Shown: piece after piece, positions 37,266 to 47,361 of the stretch | Layout of the letters: each line of letters begins with the position of its first letter | Numbering within the stretch: position 1 is the first letter of the stretch | Origin: an uncultured Chloroflexia bacterium | GTDB taxonomy: Bacteria > Chloroflexota > Anaerolineae > JAAYZQ01 | Direction of reading: 5' to 3' | Length of the DNA: 64,000 nucleotides | Assembly: GCA_963700285.1 (NCBI GenBank) | Contig: CAVOXA010000014.1 | Coordinates: 288,001-352,000, forward strand | Translations under genes and position numbers: made by a program | Notes under the pieces: generated by a model | Databases searched by the model: none | Seen by the model: only the letters and a program-made list of their open reading frames with translations | Told to the model about the DNA's origin: nothing

Positions 37266-39974
37266 TCAGTCGTGGTAGGCGTAGACCGCCTGCTGGGCGC
37301 CCTCCAGGAATTGCTCGGCAGTGGTGGCCGCAAAGAGCTGGAGCAGTTTGGCAACAACCCCGGTCCAACCTGTCTGATGGCTGGCCCCAATGCCCGCGCC
37401 GTTGTCACCGTGAAAATACTCGTAGAACAGCAGATAGTCGCGCCAGTTGGGGTCGGTCTGGAACTTGGCCGCGCCGCCAAAGACCGGCCGCTGCCCCTCA
37501 TCGTCGCGCAGAAAGATGCGCGCCAACCGGTTGCCGATCTCTTCCGCTACCTGGTACAGGTTCATCTGCTGGCCTGAGCCGGTGGGACACTCTACGGTGA
37601 ACTCCGGGCCATAGTACAGATAGAAATTGAGCAGCGCACGGACGATCAGCACATTCATTGGCATCCAAACGGGGCCGCGCCAGTTGGAGTTGCCGCCAAA
37701 CATGCCGGTGTCCGACTCAGCGGGTAGGTACTCGACCCGATACTCCTCGCCGCCCCAGCGGAGGATAAAGGGATGCTCCAGGTGGTAGCGAGACAGGGAA
37801 CGGATGCCATGGGCGCTGAGGAACTCGTCCTCGTCCAGCATGCGCGCCAGCACCCTTCGCAGCTTGCGTTCGTCCAGGAGTGCTAGTAGATACCGGCCGC
37901 CATATCCAGGCTGGCTGGGCAGCACGATATTGGCCACAAGTTCCGGGCGCGCCTGAAGAAAGTGACTGGCCCGGTCCCTGAAGTGAGTGAGGGTTTCGAT
38001 GGATTCGGGTGCAAACACGGTCGCGGCGCACAGGGACAGGAGCCCTACCATCGAGCGGACCTTCAGCCGTCCGGCGCGGCCGTCGGGCAGACGCAGCAGG
38101 TCGTAGAAAAAGCCATCCTCCTCATCCCACATCTCGTCTTGGTTCTCGCCGACGCGGTCCATGGCCGCCGCGATCCACAAAAAGTGCTCGAAGAACTTGA
38201 CCGCCATCTGCTCATAGACCGGGTTGTGTTGGGCCAGCTCGATGGCCATCTCGAGCATATTCTGCGCAAAGAGCGCCATCCAGGCCGTGCCATCGGCCTG
38301 TTCGAGGTTGCCGCCGGTGGGCAATGGGGAGCTGCGGTCAAACACGCCGATGTTGTCCAGCCCCAGGAACCCGCCCTGAAACACATTGCGCCCGGTCAGA
38401 TCCTTCCGGTTCACCCACCAGGTGAAATTGAGCATCAGCTTGTGAAAGGCATTCTCCAGGAACTCGACGTCGGGCTGCCTGGCCAGCATCTGCTCGGTAT
38501 GGTAGTTAAAGAGCGTCGCCCAAGCATGCACCGGCGGGTTCACGTCGCCAAAGTTCCACTCGTAGGCCGGGATTTGACCGCTTGGGTGCAGGTAATGCTC
38601 GCGAAGCATCAGATCCAGTTGCTGCCGGCCAAAGGCTGGATCCACCATGTCGAGGGCCAGGGTATGGAAGGCCAGGTCCCAGGCAGCGTACCACGGATAC
38701 TCCCACTTGTCGGGCATGGAGATGACTTCTGCATTGAGCATGTGATACCAATCGTTGTTGCGCGCGGCCAGCTTCCTGGTTGGCGACAGCGGGTCGGCGC
38801 CGCGCTCCTCGAGCCAGCGGTCCACGTCGTAGTAGTAGTACTGCTTGGACCACAACATACCCGCCAACGCCTGCCGGATCACGCGAGCTGCATCGGGGTC
38901 CAGCGAATCAGGCGTGACGCCATCGTAGAACGCATCTGCCTCGCGCAGGCGCGCCTGCACGACCGACTCGAACTCCCGGCCGAAGGGCTTTGTCAGCGCG
39001 GCAGGCGCTATGCCGCTCAGGCGCAGGTGGAGGATGGTGCCCTGTCCCGGTTCGAGGGTCAGGTGGTAGTGGGCAGCAGCCTTGGTGCCTACCTGGCCGG
39101 GATTTACGGCGCCGGCCTGATCGTACACGATGTAGTTGTGGAACCCGTCCTTGACATAGGGGCTGGAGTTCGGCTGTCCCGAGATCCGCTCGGTGTTGGT
39201 CTCGTTTTCGGTGAAGAGCAGCGGAACCTGGCCCTCGCAGTACAAGTAGAGCTCACCCAACTCCTGGTGGCGGACGGCGACCGTGCTCACTCCCTTTGGG
39301 CCATCGACCCGTTGAAGGACCGGCTTGGGGGCAGCGTCGAACCACGACCACGTGTTTCGAAACCAGAGGGTGGGCAACACGTGCAGTTCGGCTGCCTCGG
39401 CGCCCCGGTTGACGACCTGGATGGCGATCAGCATGTCCTCTGGCGTGCTCTTGGCATACTCGACAAAGACATCAAAATAGCGATCGTCGTCGAACAGGCC
39501 GGTGTCGAGCAGCTCGTATTCTGGCTCATTGCGGCTGCGCGCGCGGTTGGTGCGCACCAGGTCTTCGTAGGGAAAGGCCATTTGCGGGTACTTGTAGAGA
39601 TACTTCATGTAGGAGTGAGTCGGCGTGCTATCGAGGTAAAAGTAGTACTCCTTTACGTCCTCGCCGTGGTTCCCCTCGCTGTTGGTCAGGCCAAACAACC
39701 GCTCCTTCAGGATCGGGTCCTGGCCATTCCACAGGCTGAGGGCAAAACAGAGAAGCTGCCGGTCGTCGCTGATGCCGCCGAGACCATCCTCGCCCCAGCG
39801 ATAGGCCCGGGAGCGGGCCTGGTCATGGCCAAAATCTGCCCAGGCGTTGCCATCAGCGCTATAGTCCTCGCGTACCGTACCCCACTGCCGCTCGCTCAGG
39901 TAGGGGCCCCACTTGCGCCAGGGTGCTCCTTGCTCATCTGCCTCCATGAGGCGGGTAACTTCTTGATTCTTCAT
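37266..39974 (-). CDS. GH63-like (MGH1-like) glucosidase
   Basis: WGPYLSERQWGTVREDYS, MPDKWEYPWYAAWDLAFH, GGNSNWRGPVW and EYFHGDNGAGIGASHQTGWTG. Start placed at MKNQE. Confidence 0.9.
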   Translation of the reverse strand: MKNQEVTRLMEADEQGAPWRKWGPYLSERQWGTVREDYSADGNAWADFGHDQARSRAYRWGEDGLGGISDDRQLLCFALSLWNGQDPILKERLFGLTNSEGNHGEDVKEYYFYLDSTPTHSYMKYLYKYPQMAFPYEDLVRTNRARSRNEPEYELLDTGLFDDDRYFDVFVEYAKSTPEDMLIAIQVVNRGAEAAELHVLPTLWFRNTWSWFDAAPKPVLQRVDGPKGVSTVAVRHQELGELYLYCEGQVPLLFTENETNTERISGQPNSSPYVKDGFHNYIVYDQAGAVNPGQVGTKAAAHYHLTLEPGQGTILHLRLSGIAPAALTKPFGREFESVVQARLREADAFYDGVTPDSLDPDAARVIRQALAGMLWSKQYYYYDVDRWLEERGADPLSPTRKLAARNNDWYHMLNAEVISMPDKWEYPWYAAWDLAFHTLALDMVDPAFGRQQLDLMLREHYLHPSGQIPAYEWNFGDVNPPVHAWATLFNYHTEQMLARQPDVEFLENAFHKLMLNFTWWVNRKDLTGRNVFQGGFLGLDNIGVFDRSSPLPTGGNLEQADGTAWMALFAQNMLEMAIELAQHNPVYEQMAVKFFEHFLWIAAAMDRVGENQDEMWDEEDGFFYDLLRLPDGRAGRLKVRSMVGLLSLCAATVFAPESIETLTHFRDRASHFLQARPELVANIVLPSQPGYGGRYLLALLDERKLRRVLARMLDEDEFLSAHGIRSLSRYHLEHPFILRWGGEEYRVEYLPAESDTGMFGGNSNWRGPVWMPMNVLIVRALLNFYLYYGPEFTVECPTGSGQQMNLYQVAEEIGNRLARIFLRDDEGQRPVFGGAAKFQTDPNWRDYLLFYEYFHGDNGAGIGASHQTGWTGVVAKLLQLFAATTAEQFLEGAQQAVYAYHD

Positions 39975-40169
39975 ATCGCCAACCCTTTCCATTTGTCTGC
40001 GTGATAGATTATCCACTTGGCCGCTTGTCATCCCGCCCGGCTGGGTCACAATCCGTCAGCCGCCCGGGCCCCGCCTGCCTTCCACCCGGAGACGCACCCG
40101 GAACCTCACCCGGCGACCACCCTGCCTGCCGCACCGATTGCAGACTGTGCCGGGCAGTTACCCAATACG

Positions 40170-40241
40170 AAAAACCCGGTTCCCGACCACCGGGAAGTGT
40201 CGCCACACAGGAGAACCCTCCTGAGCAGAAAGACACTTCCC
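40170..40241 (-). promoter_or_regulatory. Structured 5' leader (possible attenuator) of the GH63 gene
   Basis: A 10-bp stem GGGAAGTGTC/GACACTTCCC encloses CAGGAG-N4-CTCCTG and overlaps a CCCGGT/ACCGGG + T5 terminator-like hairpin. Confidence 0.45.
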
Positions 40242-40548
40242 TAGTGTGCTTCGGAAAGCGGGTTGCTCTTGTTTGAATCCCATATACCACCATTCCGTCC
40301 AAAATGCAAATTATCCTTGGGTCAATGCGGGATCCCTCTGCCCCACGTCGATGTACAGATCCCTCGTGTCGCAAGACTGATAGGTATGTAGTTGCCGCCC
40401 GTCTCTCCTTTGCGCTGCGGTTTCGCCCCCGGTTGGCGGCGGCAGCCACGCACGGGACTAGGTGGGGGTGGGCGCTAACTGCAGACGATCGCCCCCAGAA
40501 TTGGGATCCTCGTCGTGGCCTATTCGAACAAGGAAGGCCAAAGAGAAA

Positions 40549-40577
40549 TTGCCTTTTCGTAGCCCTGGTGGTATACT
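40549..40577 (+). promoter_or_regulatory. sigma70 promoter of the FGGY kinase gene
   Basis: TTGCCT-N17-TATACT with an extended -10 TG. Confidence 0.6.
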
Positions 40578-40684
40578 TCTGGGGCTAAGCAACCATTCCG
40601 CACCAGTTGGCAACGGCGCATGTCACCTTGGTGCCATGGTCCGCAGGACGCGTCCCGTGGACAGACACTTCAGGGGGAATAACC

Positions 40685-42169
40685 ATGGCTGATCTACAGT
40701 GCCTGGCTCTTGACCTCGGCGCGGAGAGTGGGCGGGCCATGCTGGGCCGGTTTGACGGGGAGAAGGTGCAGATCTCCGAGGTCCACCGTTTCCCCAACGT
40801 GCCGGTCTACGTACCGCACGGACTCCACTGGGACATCCTGCGCCTGTGGAGCGAAGTGAAGGTGGGCATCGCCCTGGCCGTCAGGGATCTGGGACCTGAC
40901 CTGGCCAGCGTGGGCATTGACACCTGGGGCGTAGACTTTGGCCTGCTGGGCCGTGACGGCGCCTTGATCGCCAACCCCTGCCACTATCGAGACAGCCGCA
41001 CCGACGGCATGCTGGACGAAGCTTTTCGCCGCGTGCCCCGCGCCGAGATATTCGAGCAGACGGGCATCCAGTTCCTACAGCTCAACAGCCTGTATCAACT
41101 CCTGTCCATGGCCACCAGCCACTCGCCACTGCTCGACATCGCCGCGACCTTTCTGACCATCCCCGACCTGCTCAACTACTGGCTGACCGGACAGGCAGTT
41201 TGCGAGTTCAGCAACGCGACGACGACCCAGTGCTCCAGCCCCCGTACCGGTGACTGGGCCAGGGGCATGCTGGAGCGCGTGGGCATTCCGTCTCACATTT
41301 TCCCCGAGATCGTGCCGCCGGGCACCGATCTGGGCCCGCTTCTGCCCCTTGCAGCGCAAGAAGTGGGGCTGTCGTCTGATACCGGACCCGCAGTCATCGC
41401 GCCCGCTTGCCACGACACAGGATCGGCCGTCGTAGCGGTGCCCGCCACAGAGCCCGGCTTTGCCTGGATCAGCTCCGGGACCTGGTCGGTGGTCGGCGCC
41501 GAGGTACGGGTGCCTGTCATCAACGCCCAGAGCCTGGCCCACAACTTTACCAACGAGGGCGGCGCCTGCGGTACCTACCGCTTCTCGCGCAACGTCATGG
41601 GCCTTTGGCTAGTACAGGAGTGCCGGCGCACGTGGGCCAGCCAGGGCGAGGAACACAGCTACAAAGACCTGGTCGGGATGGCGGAGAGGGCCGAGCCCTT
41701 CCAGGCCGTCATCGATCCGGATTATGTCGAATTCTTCAAGCCCGGCGACATGCCGGCCCGCATCCGCGACTACTGCCGGCTGACAGGCCAGCCAGCGCCT
41801 GGGAGCAAAGGTGCCGTCGTGCGCTGCGCGCTGGAGGGGATCGCCCTCAAATATCGCTGGGTGTTAGAGCGCCTGGAGGAGATGCTGGACCACCGCCTGG
41901 AGCCTCTATATATCGTCGGCGGCGGGACACAGAACCGGCTGCTATCGCAGTTCACGGCGGACGCAACAGGCAGGCAGGTAATCACGGGTCCCGTGGAAGC
42001 CACGGCTACCGGCAACATCCTGATGCAGATGCTGGCGCTGGGACGCATTGCCTCGCTGGCGGACGGTCGGGCTATCGTCCGCAGCTCTTTTGAGCTGTCG
42101 GTTTACGAACCGGACGCTGGCGACCGGTGGGACAACGCCTACGGACGCCTGCTGGCGCTACTGGAGTGA
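40685..42169 (+). CDS. Rhamnulokinase-family (FGGY) sugar kinase
   Basis: LALDLGAESGR, GIDTWGVDFGLL, HYRDSRT, HDTGSAV, ISSGTWS, FTNEGG, VGGG.QN and GPVEATA.GN. Orphan: no rhaA or rhaD next to it. Confidence 0.9.
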   Translation: MADLQCLALDLGAESGRAMLGRFDGEKVQISEVHRFPNVPVYVPHGLHWDILRLWSEVKVGIALAVRDLGPDLASVGIDTWGVDFGLLGRDGALIANPCHYRDSRTDGMLDEAFRRVPRAEIFEQTGIQFLQLNSLYQLLSMATSHSPLLDIAATFLTIPDLLNYWLTGQAVCEFSNATTTQCSSPRTGDWARGMLERVGIPSHIFPEIVPPGTDLGPLLPLAAQEVGLSSDTGPAVIAPACHDTGSAVVAVPATEPGFAWISSGTWSVVGAEVRVPVINAQSLAHNFTNEGGACGTYRFSRNVMGLWLVQECRRTWASQGEEHSYKDLVGMAERAEPFQAVIDPDYVEFFKPGDMPARIRDYCRLTGQPAPGSKGAVVRCALEGIALKYRWVLERLEEMLDHRLEPLYIVGGGTQNRLLSQFTADATGRQVITGPVEATATGNILMQMLALGRIASLADGRAIVRSSFELSVYEPDAGDRWDNAYGRLLALLE

Positions 42170-42347
42170 TAGGGGCAGGCCGACGACCCGACCCACGGCA
42201 GACTCTTGCAGCGCCAGAGCATCTCAAGGCAACCAAAGCTTCCATTGGTCACAACGGTGATGGCAACGTCCTGTTTGTACCCTCGTGCAGAAAGAAGCCT
42301 GCAAGCGGTAGCGTATCAATTTCGGTGGAAATGCTGCCAAGCTGACT

Positions 42348-42481
42348 TGTCGTTCCCGCACATGCTTGCCCCCGAGCAGCCGGGGGATCGGGAATCCATA
42401 CCACCGGCAACCGTCACCGCTGCAGAGTGGATGCTCGCTAGAACCCCTTCGATGCCTCAGGGCAGGCATGCGGGCATGACA
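42348..42481. repeat. Nested REP/REPIN-like palindromic element
   Basis: Outer arms TGTCGTTCCCGCA / TGCGGGCATGACA; internal GGGAATCCA...TGGAT and a CCCTTCGATGCCTCAGGGCAGG unit. Confidence 0.55.
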
Positions 42482-42614
42482 GGGTCGTTGGTGGATGCCA
42501 GCCAGAACCGTAGGAGAGAACCCTCGCCCTGGCTTACCTTCCTCTGCTACCGAATGGTAAAGCGCATCTATGAGCAGGGAAACGATACTGATACACTGCA
42601 ATACGATAGAAAAC

Positions 42615-42643
42615 TTGCCTTTTCTATAAATTCGCGGTATAAT
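42615..42643 (+). promoter_or_regulatory. sigma70 promoter
   Basis: TTGCCT-N17-TATAAT. Confidence 0.65.
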
Positions 42644-42724
42644 CTTGGGTGAAAGGGCAGTGACGGCAGGCATGATCCTGACGTGAGTTGAGCAGCCCGC
42701 GGTACCGCGGCGAGGAGGAGGAAA

Positions 42725-44338
42725 TTGGTGAGTTCTGCCAGCCAAAAGATCGGTATTGACGCCAACCGCCCCGTGGACCCCAAGACGGGGCGGCTCGCGC
42801 CGCAGGCCGCAGACCCCGACCTCATCGCCAGTACAGGCACCGGCTGGGTGCGCATCAACTTTGTCCTGAAGCCCTGGACCAGCCCCCACGACAAGACTCC
42901 CTGCGGGGGACGCACGTGGGCGCAGGCTTACCAGCAGATCGTCTCCGGCTACCGCGACAAGGGGCTCTCTGTCTACGGTCTCATCGGCGTTGAGTCAGCG
43001 CCCAGGGGGCCTGGCGACCAGTTCAGAGAGCCACCGCCCCAGGGCAACATTGAGGACGATTGGATCGACCAGTACGTCGAGAACTTTTGTGCCATCGTCG
43101 AGATCTTTTGCGGAGATGTCCAGGTCTTTGAATCCTTCAACGAGCCCGATGATTGGCACGGCCAGGACCACAACTGGGTGCACCCCGGCTGGTTTGCCAT
43201 CATCCTGCAGCGTATCTATGATGCCGTACGCAGCAAACCCGAGCTGGGACACGTCATATTGGTCTCCGGGCCCCTGCAGGGCCTCGAATCGAACCGCAAC
43301 GCTGCGGTCCACTATCTGCAGGAGACCTACCGCGCGGGAAAATCGCGCTTCGGCTGGACCCGGAATGGTGTCCCCGTTCCCTTTGATGGCGTCGGCTATC
43401 ACCTCTACGTAAGGGGCGCTTTCAACCCGGACGCAAAGCAGCAAAAGCGAGCCGTGCACAGCACCTGTCTCCGCTACCTGGAGGCGATGCACCAGGTCGT
43501 ACGCCAGGAAGAGGGCCAGGACCGTCCGCTCTACGTATCCGAAGTGGGCTGGAACAGCAGTATCGACAGGGGAATGATGCGGCGTCACGAGGAATTCCAG
43601 GCAAATTGTCTGCGGACTGGCCTGGAGACGGTGTGCAGCGATCCCCTGGTGGGACTCGGCGTCTGGTTCTGCACCCAGGATTTTGGAACGGGAAGCGGAG
43701 AGCATCACTTTGGCCTGTACCGTGCCGGACAATTGGGTCCAGACGGGCGAAAACCGGCCTTTGACGCCTTCAGGGCCGTGTGCCAGGCCGCTGCTGAAAA
43801 GGAGGCGGAGGAAAAAGGCCTGGTGTGCACGAACCAGCAGTTGATCTCCGCCTTCTACCGTGCGGGCCAGGACCTGGCCATGCCCAAGCCTTGGGATCTA
43901 TTTGCCCAGGCGGGGTTGTCCCTCCGCGCACTCGCAGCCAACCGCCACGCCTTTTACGAGGGCCCGCCCATCGACGGGCTGCCCGGCCTGACCCCTGTGG
44001 AGAAAGCGGCCATTCAGGCCAGCCTTGACGGACAACAAGGCATCTTACCGGCAGGCATCATCCCAGAGCCAGACGCCGCCGCCAAAACAGGCCTGGCCGA
44101 TATGGCGGCGCCCGCCGCAGACTTTTTCGGCGGCGCACTTGAGACCGAAATCGCCCTCGACCTGAGCATCGCGCTGCAGGACCAGGTCTTGCAAGAACTG
44201 GAGCGTAACAACCAGCTTCTCACCCGCCTGCTTGACAAGCTCCAGCGTCTCGATTATTGTGACAGGGTGAAAAGCACGGGCGACGCAGAGAGCAGGATGA
44301 ACGGCATCTTGCACCGAGTCCGCGGGTTGCTATCGTAG
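42725..44338 (+). CDS. Clan GH-A-like glycoside hydrolase (GH5/GH39-like) with a C-terminal extension
   Basis: GWVRINF, FNEP (acid/base), DGVGYHLY, YVSEVGW (nucleophile) and FGLY...KPAF..F. No signal peptide; helical tail. Confidence 0.75.
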   Translation: MVSSASQKIGIDANRPVDPKTGRLAPQAADPDLIASTGTGWVRINFVLKPWTSPHDKTPCGGRTWAQAYQQIVSGYRDKGLSVYGLIGVESAPRGPGDQFREPPPQGNIEDDWIDQYVENFCAIVEIFCGDVQVFESFNEPDDWHGQDHNWVHPGWFAIILQRIYDAVRSKPELGHVILVSGPLQGLESNRNAAVHYLQETYRAGKSRFGWTRNGVPVPFDGVGYHLYVRGAFNPDAKQQKRAVHSTCLRYLEAMHQVVRQEEGQDRPLYVSEVGWNSSIDRGMMRRHEEFQANCLRTGLETVCSDPLVGLGVWFCTQDFGTGSGEHHFGLYRAGQLGPDGRKPAFDAFRAVCQAAAEKEAEEKGLVCTNQQLISAFYRAGQDLAMPKPWDLFAQAGLSLRALAANRHAFYEGPPIDGLPGLTPVEKAAIQASLDGQQGILPAGIIPEPDAAAKTGLADMAAPAADFFGGALETEIALDLSIALQDQVLQELERNNQLLTRLLDKLQRLDYCDRVKSTGDAESRMNGILHRVRGLLS

Positions 44339-44353
44339 TCGTGGGAGGATGCG

Positions 44354-46069
44354 ATGGATCTCGATTGGACGCTCATCGAGTACCGGCCCGGCCGCTACGC
44401 CAAGGTATGCACGGATGGCACTTTCCTGGGTACGGCCACCGAGGCAGAGATCAGGGCCTGGTTCGCTGCGTCCACTCGACCCAAAGGCCAGGAGGCCGCC
44501 CCACTCGGGCTAGACAGCACCGCAGCCCGGCCCAGCTCTCTTAAACCCAGGGTACTCGCTCCCGAGCCCGGGAAAGTCGCCCCTGAACCCGACGAGGATT
44601 GGGAAAAGCCGCTCATCTGGGCGCCGCCGCGACCCGCCCGCGAGGGTCAAGCACCGCGTCCCTCTGCGAGGACCCTCGATCCGCTAGCGGCTGAGCCCGC
44701 CTCGGAACCGCCCGGCCGCGAGGTCAAAAGCAGCCAGCCCGAAGCAGAGGTAGCCTGGGCCAAACCCATGATCTGGGGGCGCCCGCCGGCCACTCCGCGG
44801 TGCTCTCCCGGCGCCGCGGAGCCGCCGTCTTTGACGGCTGAAGCGGAGGCCGCAACTCCAGGCGCAGAGCCCTCCAGGGCCAAAGAGCCAGCCCCTGGGC
44901 CCACCTCCCTCCAGGTAGATCAGGACAAGGCCGCGCCGGAGGGACCGGCCCCAGAGATCGCGGGTGGACCCAGAGTGGAGCCTGGTGCTGGAGAGAAGGC
45001 TGTTGCTGCAGACGCTGTCACCCTGGAGCCCGCCTTCGCCACCATGCCAGCAAGCGGCGCCGAAGAGGCGGGCGGCGCCGAACCAGAAGCTGTCCAGGTG
45101 CAGATGGGCTTCGCCCTCAGAGAACCGGCCAGACCCGCTGCCCGTGACCCGGCACCGGTCCAGGTGGCGATGGATCTGGCCATCCTGGAACCCATCGCCG
45201 CCGATTCCCCAGAGCCTGAGCCCGGACCTGATGAGGCAGAGCCCCAGGCCAGTGGTCCAAAACCGGCGGGACCTGACGCCGAGGAGACAGCGACAGAAGC
45301 CGAGGACCGCGACGAGGCGTCGGAGATGGTGACTGTCGAGCCAGACCTCCCCGAGCCCGAACCTGAGCTGGCCCAGGAGGCTCTGGCTGCACCCTTGCCT
45401 ATTCAAGGTGAAAATGACCTATCTGTCATTACCAGCGCAGCGAAGCACCGCCACGAGTCCTCGCGGTGGCAATCTCCACGCACTCGTGAGAAACTGACTG
45501 CTGAGCGCAAGGGGGGATTGCTTCGTCGCTCCGCTCCTCGCAATGACATCGGTCACAGTCTTGTTAAAGAGGGGCTACCGCCGGATCCGCTTGGCGCCGA
45601 GGAGGACTGGCTGGAAGAGGAAATCCCCGAGGATGAGGCCGGCGCCGCATCTCTTCGCGCGCAAGAGGACGAGTTCGAACTGGAGCGCGTCGTTCTTGGG
45701 CCACCGCCCACCCTCGCTCCCGGGTCTGTCTCCGCTGGCGCCGGTCTGGCCACGGACGAGCCTGGCCCCCAGGCCAAAGACCTCGATCTTGAAACCCCCG
45801 ACGCGGGCGACCTATGGCTGTGGGTCGATCCCCGCTATGAAGCTGGCTACAGCCCCGCGACCTTTGACTTGATGGCCTTCCTCCAGCGGGCGGCGGCCCT
45901 TTTCCAGAGCAAAGCGTGGACGCGAGGCAAGGTACCCGGTAAGATCGCGGTGCATTCCGACGACGCGGGCCAAGGGTTGGAAGTGGTTGCTGAGCGATTG
46001 GGACTCGTGGTCGTTGAGGATGCCCGGGTATCCAACGGCACCTACTGGCTTGGCCTGGGGGCCGACTGA
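44354..46069 (+). CDS. Hypothetical protein with a long Pro/Ala/Glu-rich linker between small terminal domains
   Basis: GGGAGG RBS, 15 nt after the upstream stop; acidic low-complexity core. Confidence 0.65.
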   Translation: MDLDWTLIEYRPGRYAKVCTDGTFLGTATEAEIRAWFAASTRPKGQEAAPLGLDSTAARPSSLKPRVLAPEPGKVAPEPDEDWEKPLIWAPPRPAREGQAPRPSARTLDPLAAEPASEPPGREVKSSQPEAEVAWAKPMIWGRPPATPRCSPGAAEPPSLTAEAEAATPGAEPSRAKEPAPGPTSLQVDQDKAAPEGPAPEIAGGPRVEPGAGEKAVAADAVTLEPAFATMPASGAEEAGGAEPEAVQVQMGFALREPARPAARDPAPVQVAMDLAILEPIAADSPEPEPGPDEAEPQASGPKPAGPDAEETATEAEDRDEASEMVTVEPDLPEPEPELAQEALAAPLPIQGENDLSVITSAAKHRHESSRWQSPRTREKLTAERKGGLLRRSAPRNDIGHSLVKEGLPPDPLGAEEDWLEEEIPEDEAGAASLRAQEDEFELERVVLGPPPTLAPGSVSAGAGLATDEPGPQAKDLDLETPDAGDLWLWVDPRYEAGYSPATFDLMAFLQRAAALFQSKAWTRGKVPGKIAVHSDDAGQGLEVVAERLGLVVVEDARVSNGTYWLGLGAD

Positions 46070-46459
46070 GAGCCGGCAGAAACGCCCAGCACCTAGTGCG
46101 GCTGTATGTTACTGGTCCGGCCCCCCATCTGCCCACGGACCTGCCTCGAGCATCCACGGCCAGCAAGGGGAACCGCGCCTCGGGTCAGCCCTCGGCTGGA
46201 TCCTCCAGTGGCACGAGCCGCCAACGCTTTACCGCCAGGCCATTGAGGGCCGGAATTCTGAATCTGCCACCCAACGGAAGCGATGCGGCCCATGTGCGTT
46301 GCCGCCTCCGCGCAAGAGCCTGGCCGTTCCAGGGCCAGGCTCGTCGCAATCCATGGCCGGTTTCTCTCCGTGCGCCTGCCCCGTTTCAGAGCAAGCTCCG
46401 TCCCCGCAGGAACTGGTCTGGCCCTGGAAGGAGAGCAAATAGTCCCTGGCAGGTAGGTC

Positions 46460-47188
46460 CTATCCGGCCCGGGAGACCTGCTTGCGCAGGCCGGCAATCT
46501 GCGCCTGGGCTTCGGCAATGGCCTCTTCGAGCCGGGCCACGGACGGCGTCCCCCCGCGCAGGGTTTCCAGGATCACCGCCTCGGCGGCGACATAGGCATC
46601 GGCGATATCCGCCATCTCTGCCGCGGTGTCCCTGGGGATGGTCGTCACGCCATTCAGATCCGCGTGCAGCAGGTCGTCAGGGTAGATGGCCAGGCCGCCG
46701 ACGTGGACCGGCACGTGGACGTGCAGAATGTGGCAGTATCCGTGGGCGCAGATGGTGCCATTGGTAAAGGCGGGGAAACCAATCGCCCGGACCTGGTCCA
46801 GATCCCGGCCGGCGCCGCTGGTGATCAGACCCCGCGCGCCAAAGGTCTGGTAGGTGGTACACATGACCTCGCCAAAGGTGGCAGCCACGGCGGGATCATC
46901 CAGATCCTGAAAGACGACGACCGGCGGGCCAGACAGCTCTCCAAAGCGCTCAACCTGGGCCGTCGTGCTGGAATAGGCGTCTCCCTCACGAGGAGGGCCC
47001 CCGGCCCGAAAGGTCGCCGTGGCCGCAAAGCCAACCATGGGCGCCATCTCTGGGAAACAGGCCCGGATGCGGCTGTCCATGTATCCAGCGTTCCGCGGAC
47101 GGACCTCAAAAAGCTCGACCAAGTTGCAGATGGTGGGTGTATCGAACTGTCGCAGTTTCTCCAGTACCTCTGTGCTGATTTCAGACAT
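46460..47188 (-). CDS. RraA-family / HMG aldolase-like protein
   Basis: DTPTICN, VGFAATAT, A.FGEVM, G..TSG..RD and I.P.DLLHAD.NGV..IP. Confidence 0.85.
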   Translation of the reverse strand: MSEISTEVLEKLRQFDTPTICNLVELFEVRPRNAGYMDSRIRACFPEMAPMVGFAATATFRAGGPPREGDAYSSTTAQVERFGELSGPPVVVFQDLDDPAVAATFGEVMCTTYQTFGARGLITSGAGRDLDQVRAIGFPAFTNGTICAHGYCHILHVHVPVHVGGLAIYPDDLLHADLNGVTTIPRDTAAEMADIADAYVAAEAVILETLRGGTPSVARLEEAIAEAQAQIAGLRKQVSRAG

Positions 47189-47361
47189 TTGACTCCCTCA
47201 GTATTTTATGATTTCCCGCTTTGGTCGCGGCCAACTCTTCCCGTAGAGTTGGAGCAGCCCTTGATGTAGAGCAGGGTCAACCTGCCTCGCCCCGACGTGA
47301 TCGCATGTGAGGATGCTTGCTCCGCGCAGTGGATGCCGACTCCACATGGCTCATGCCTGTC

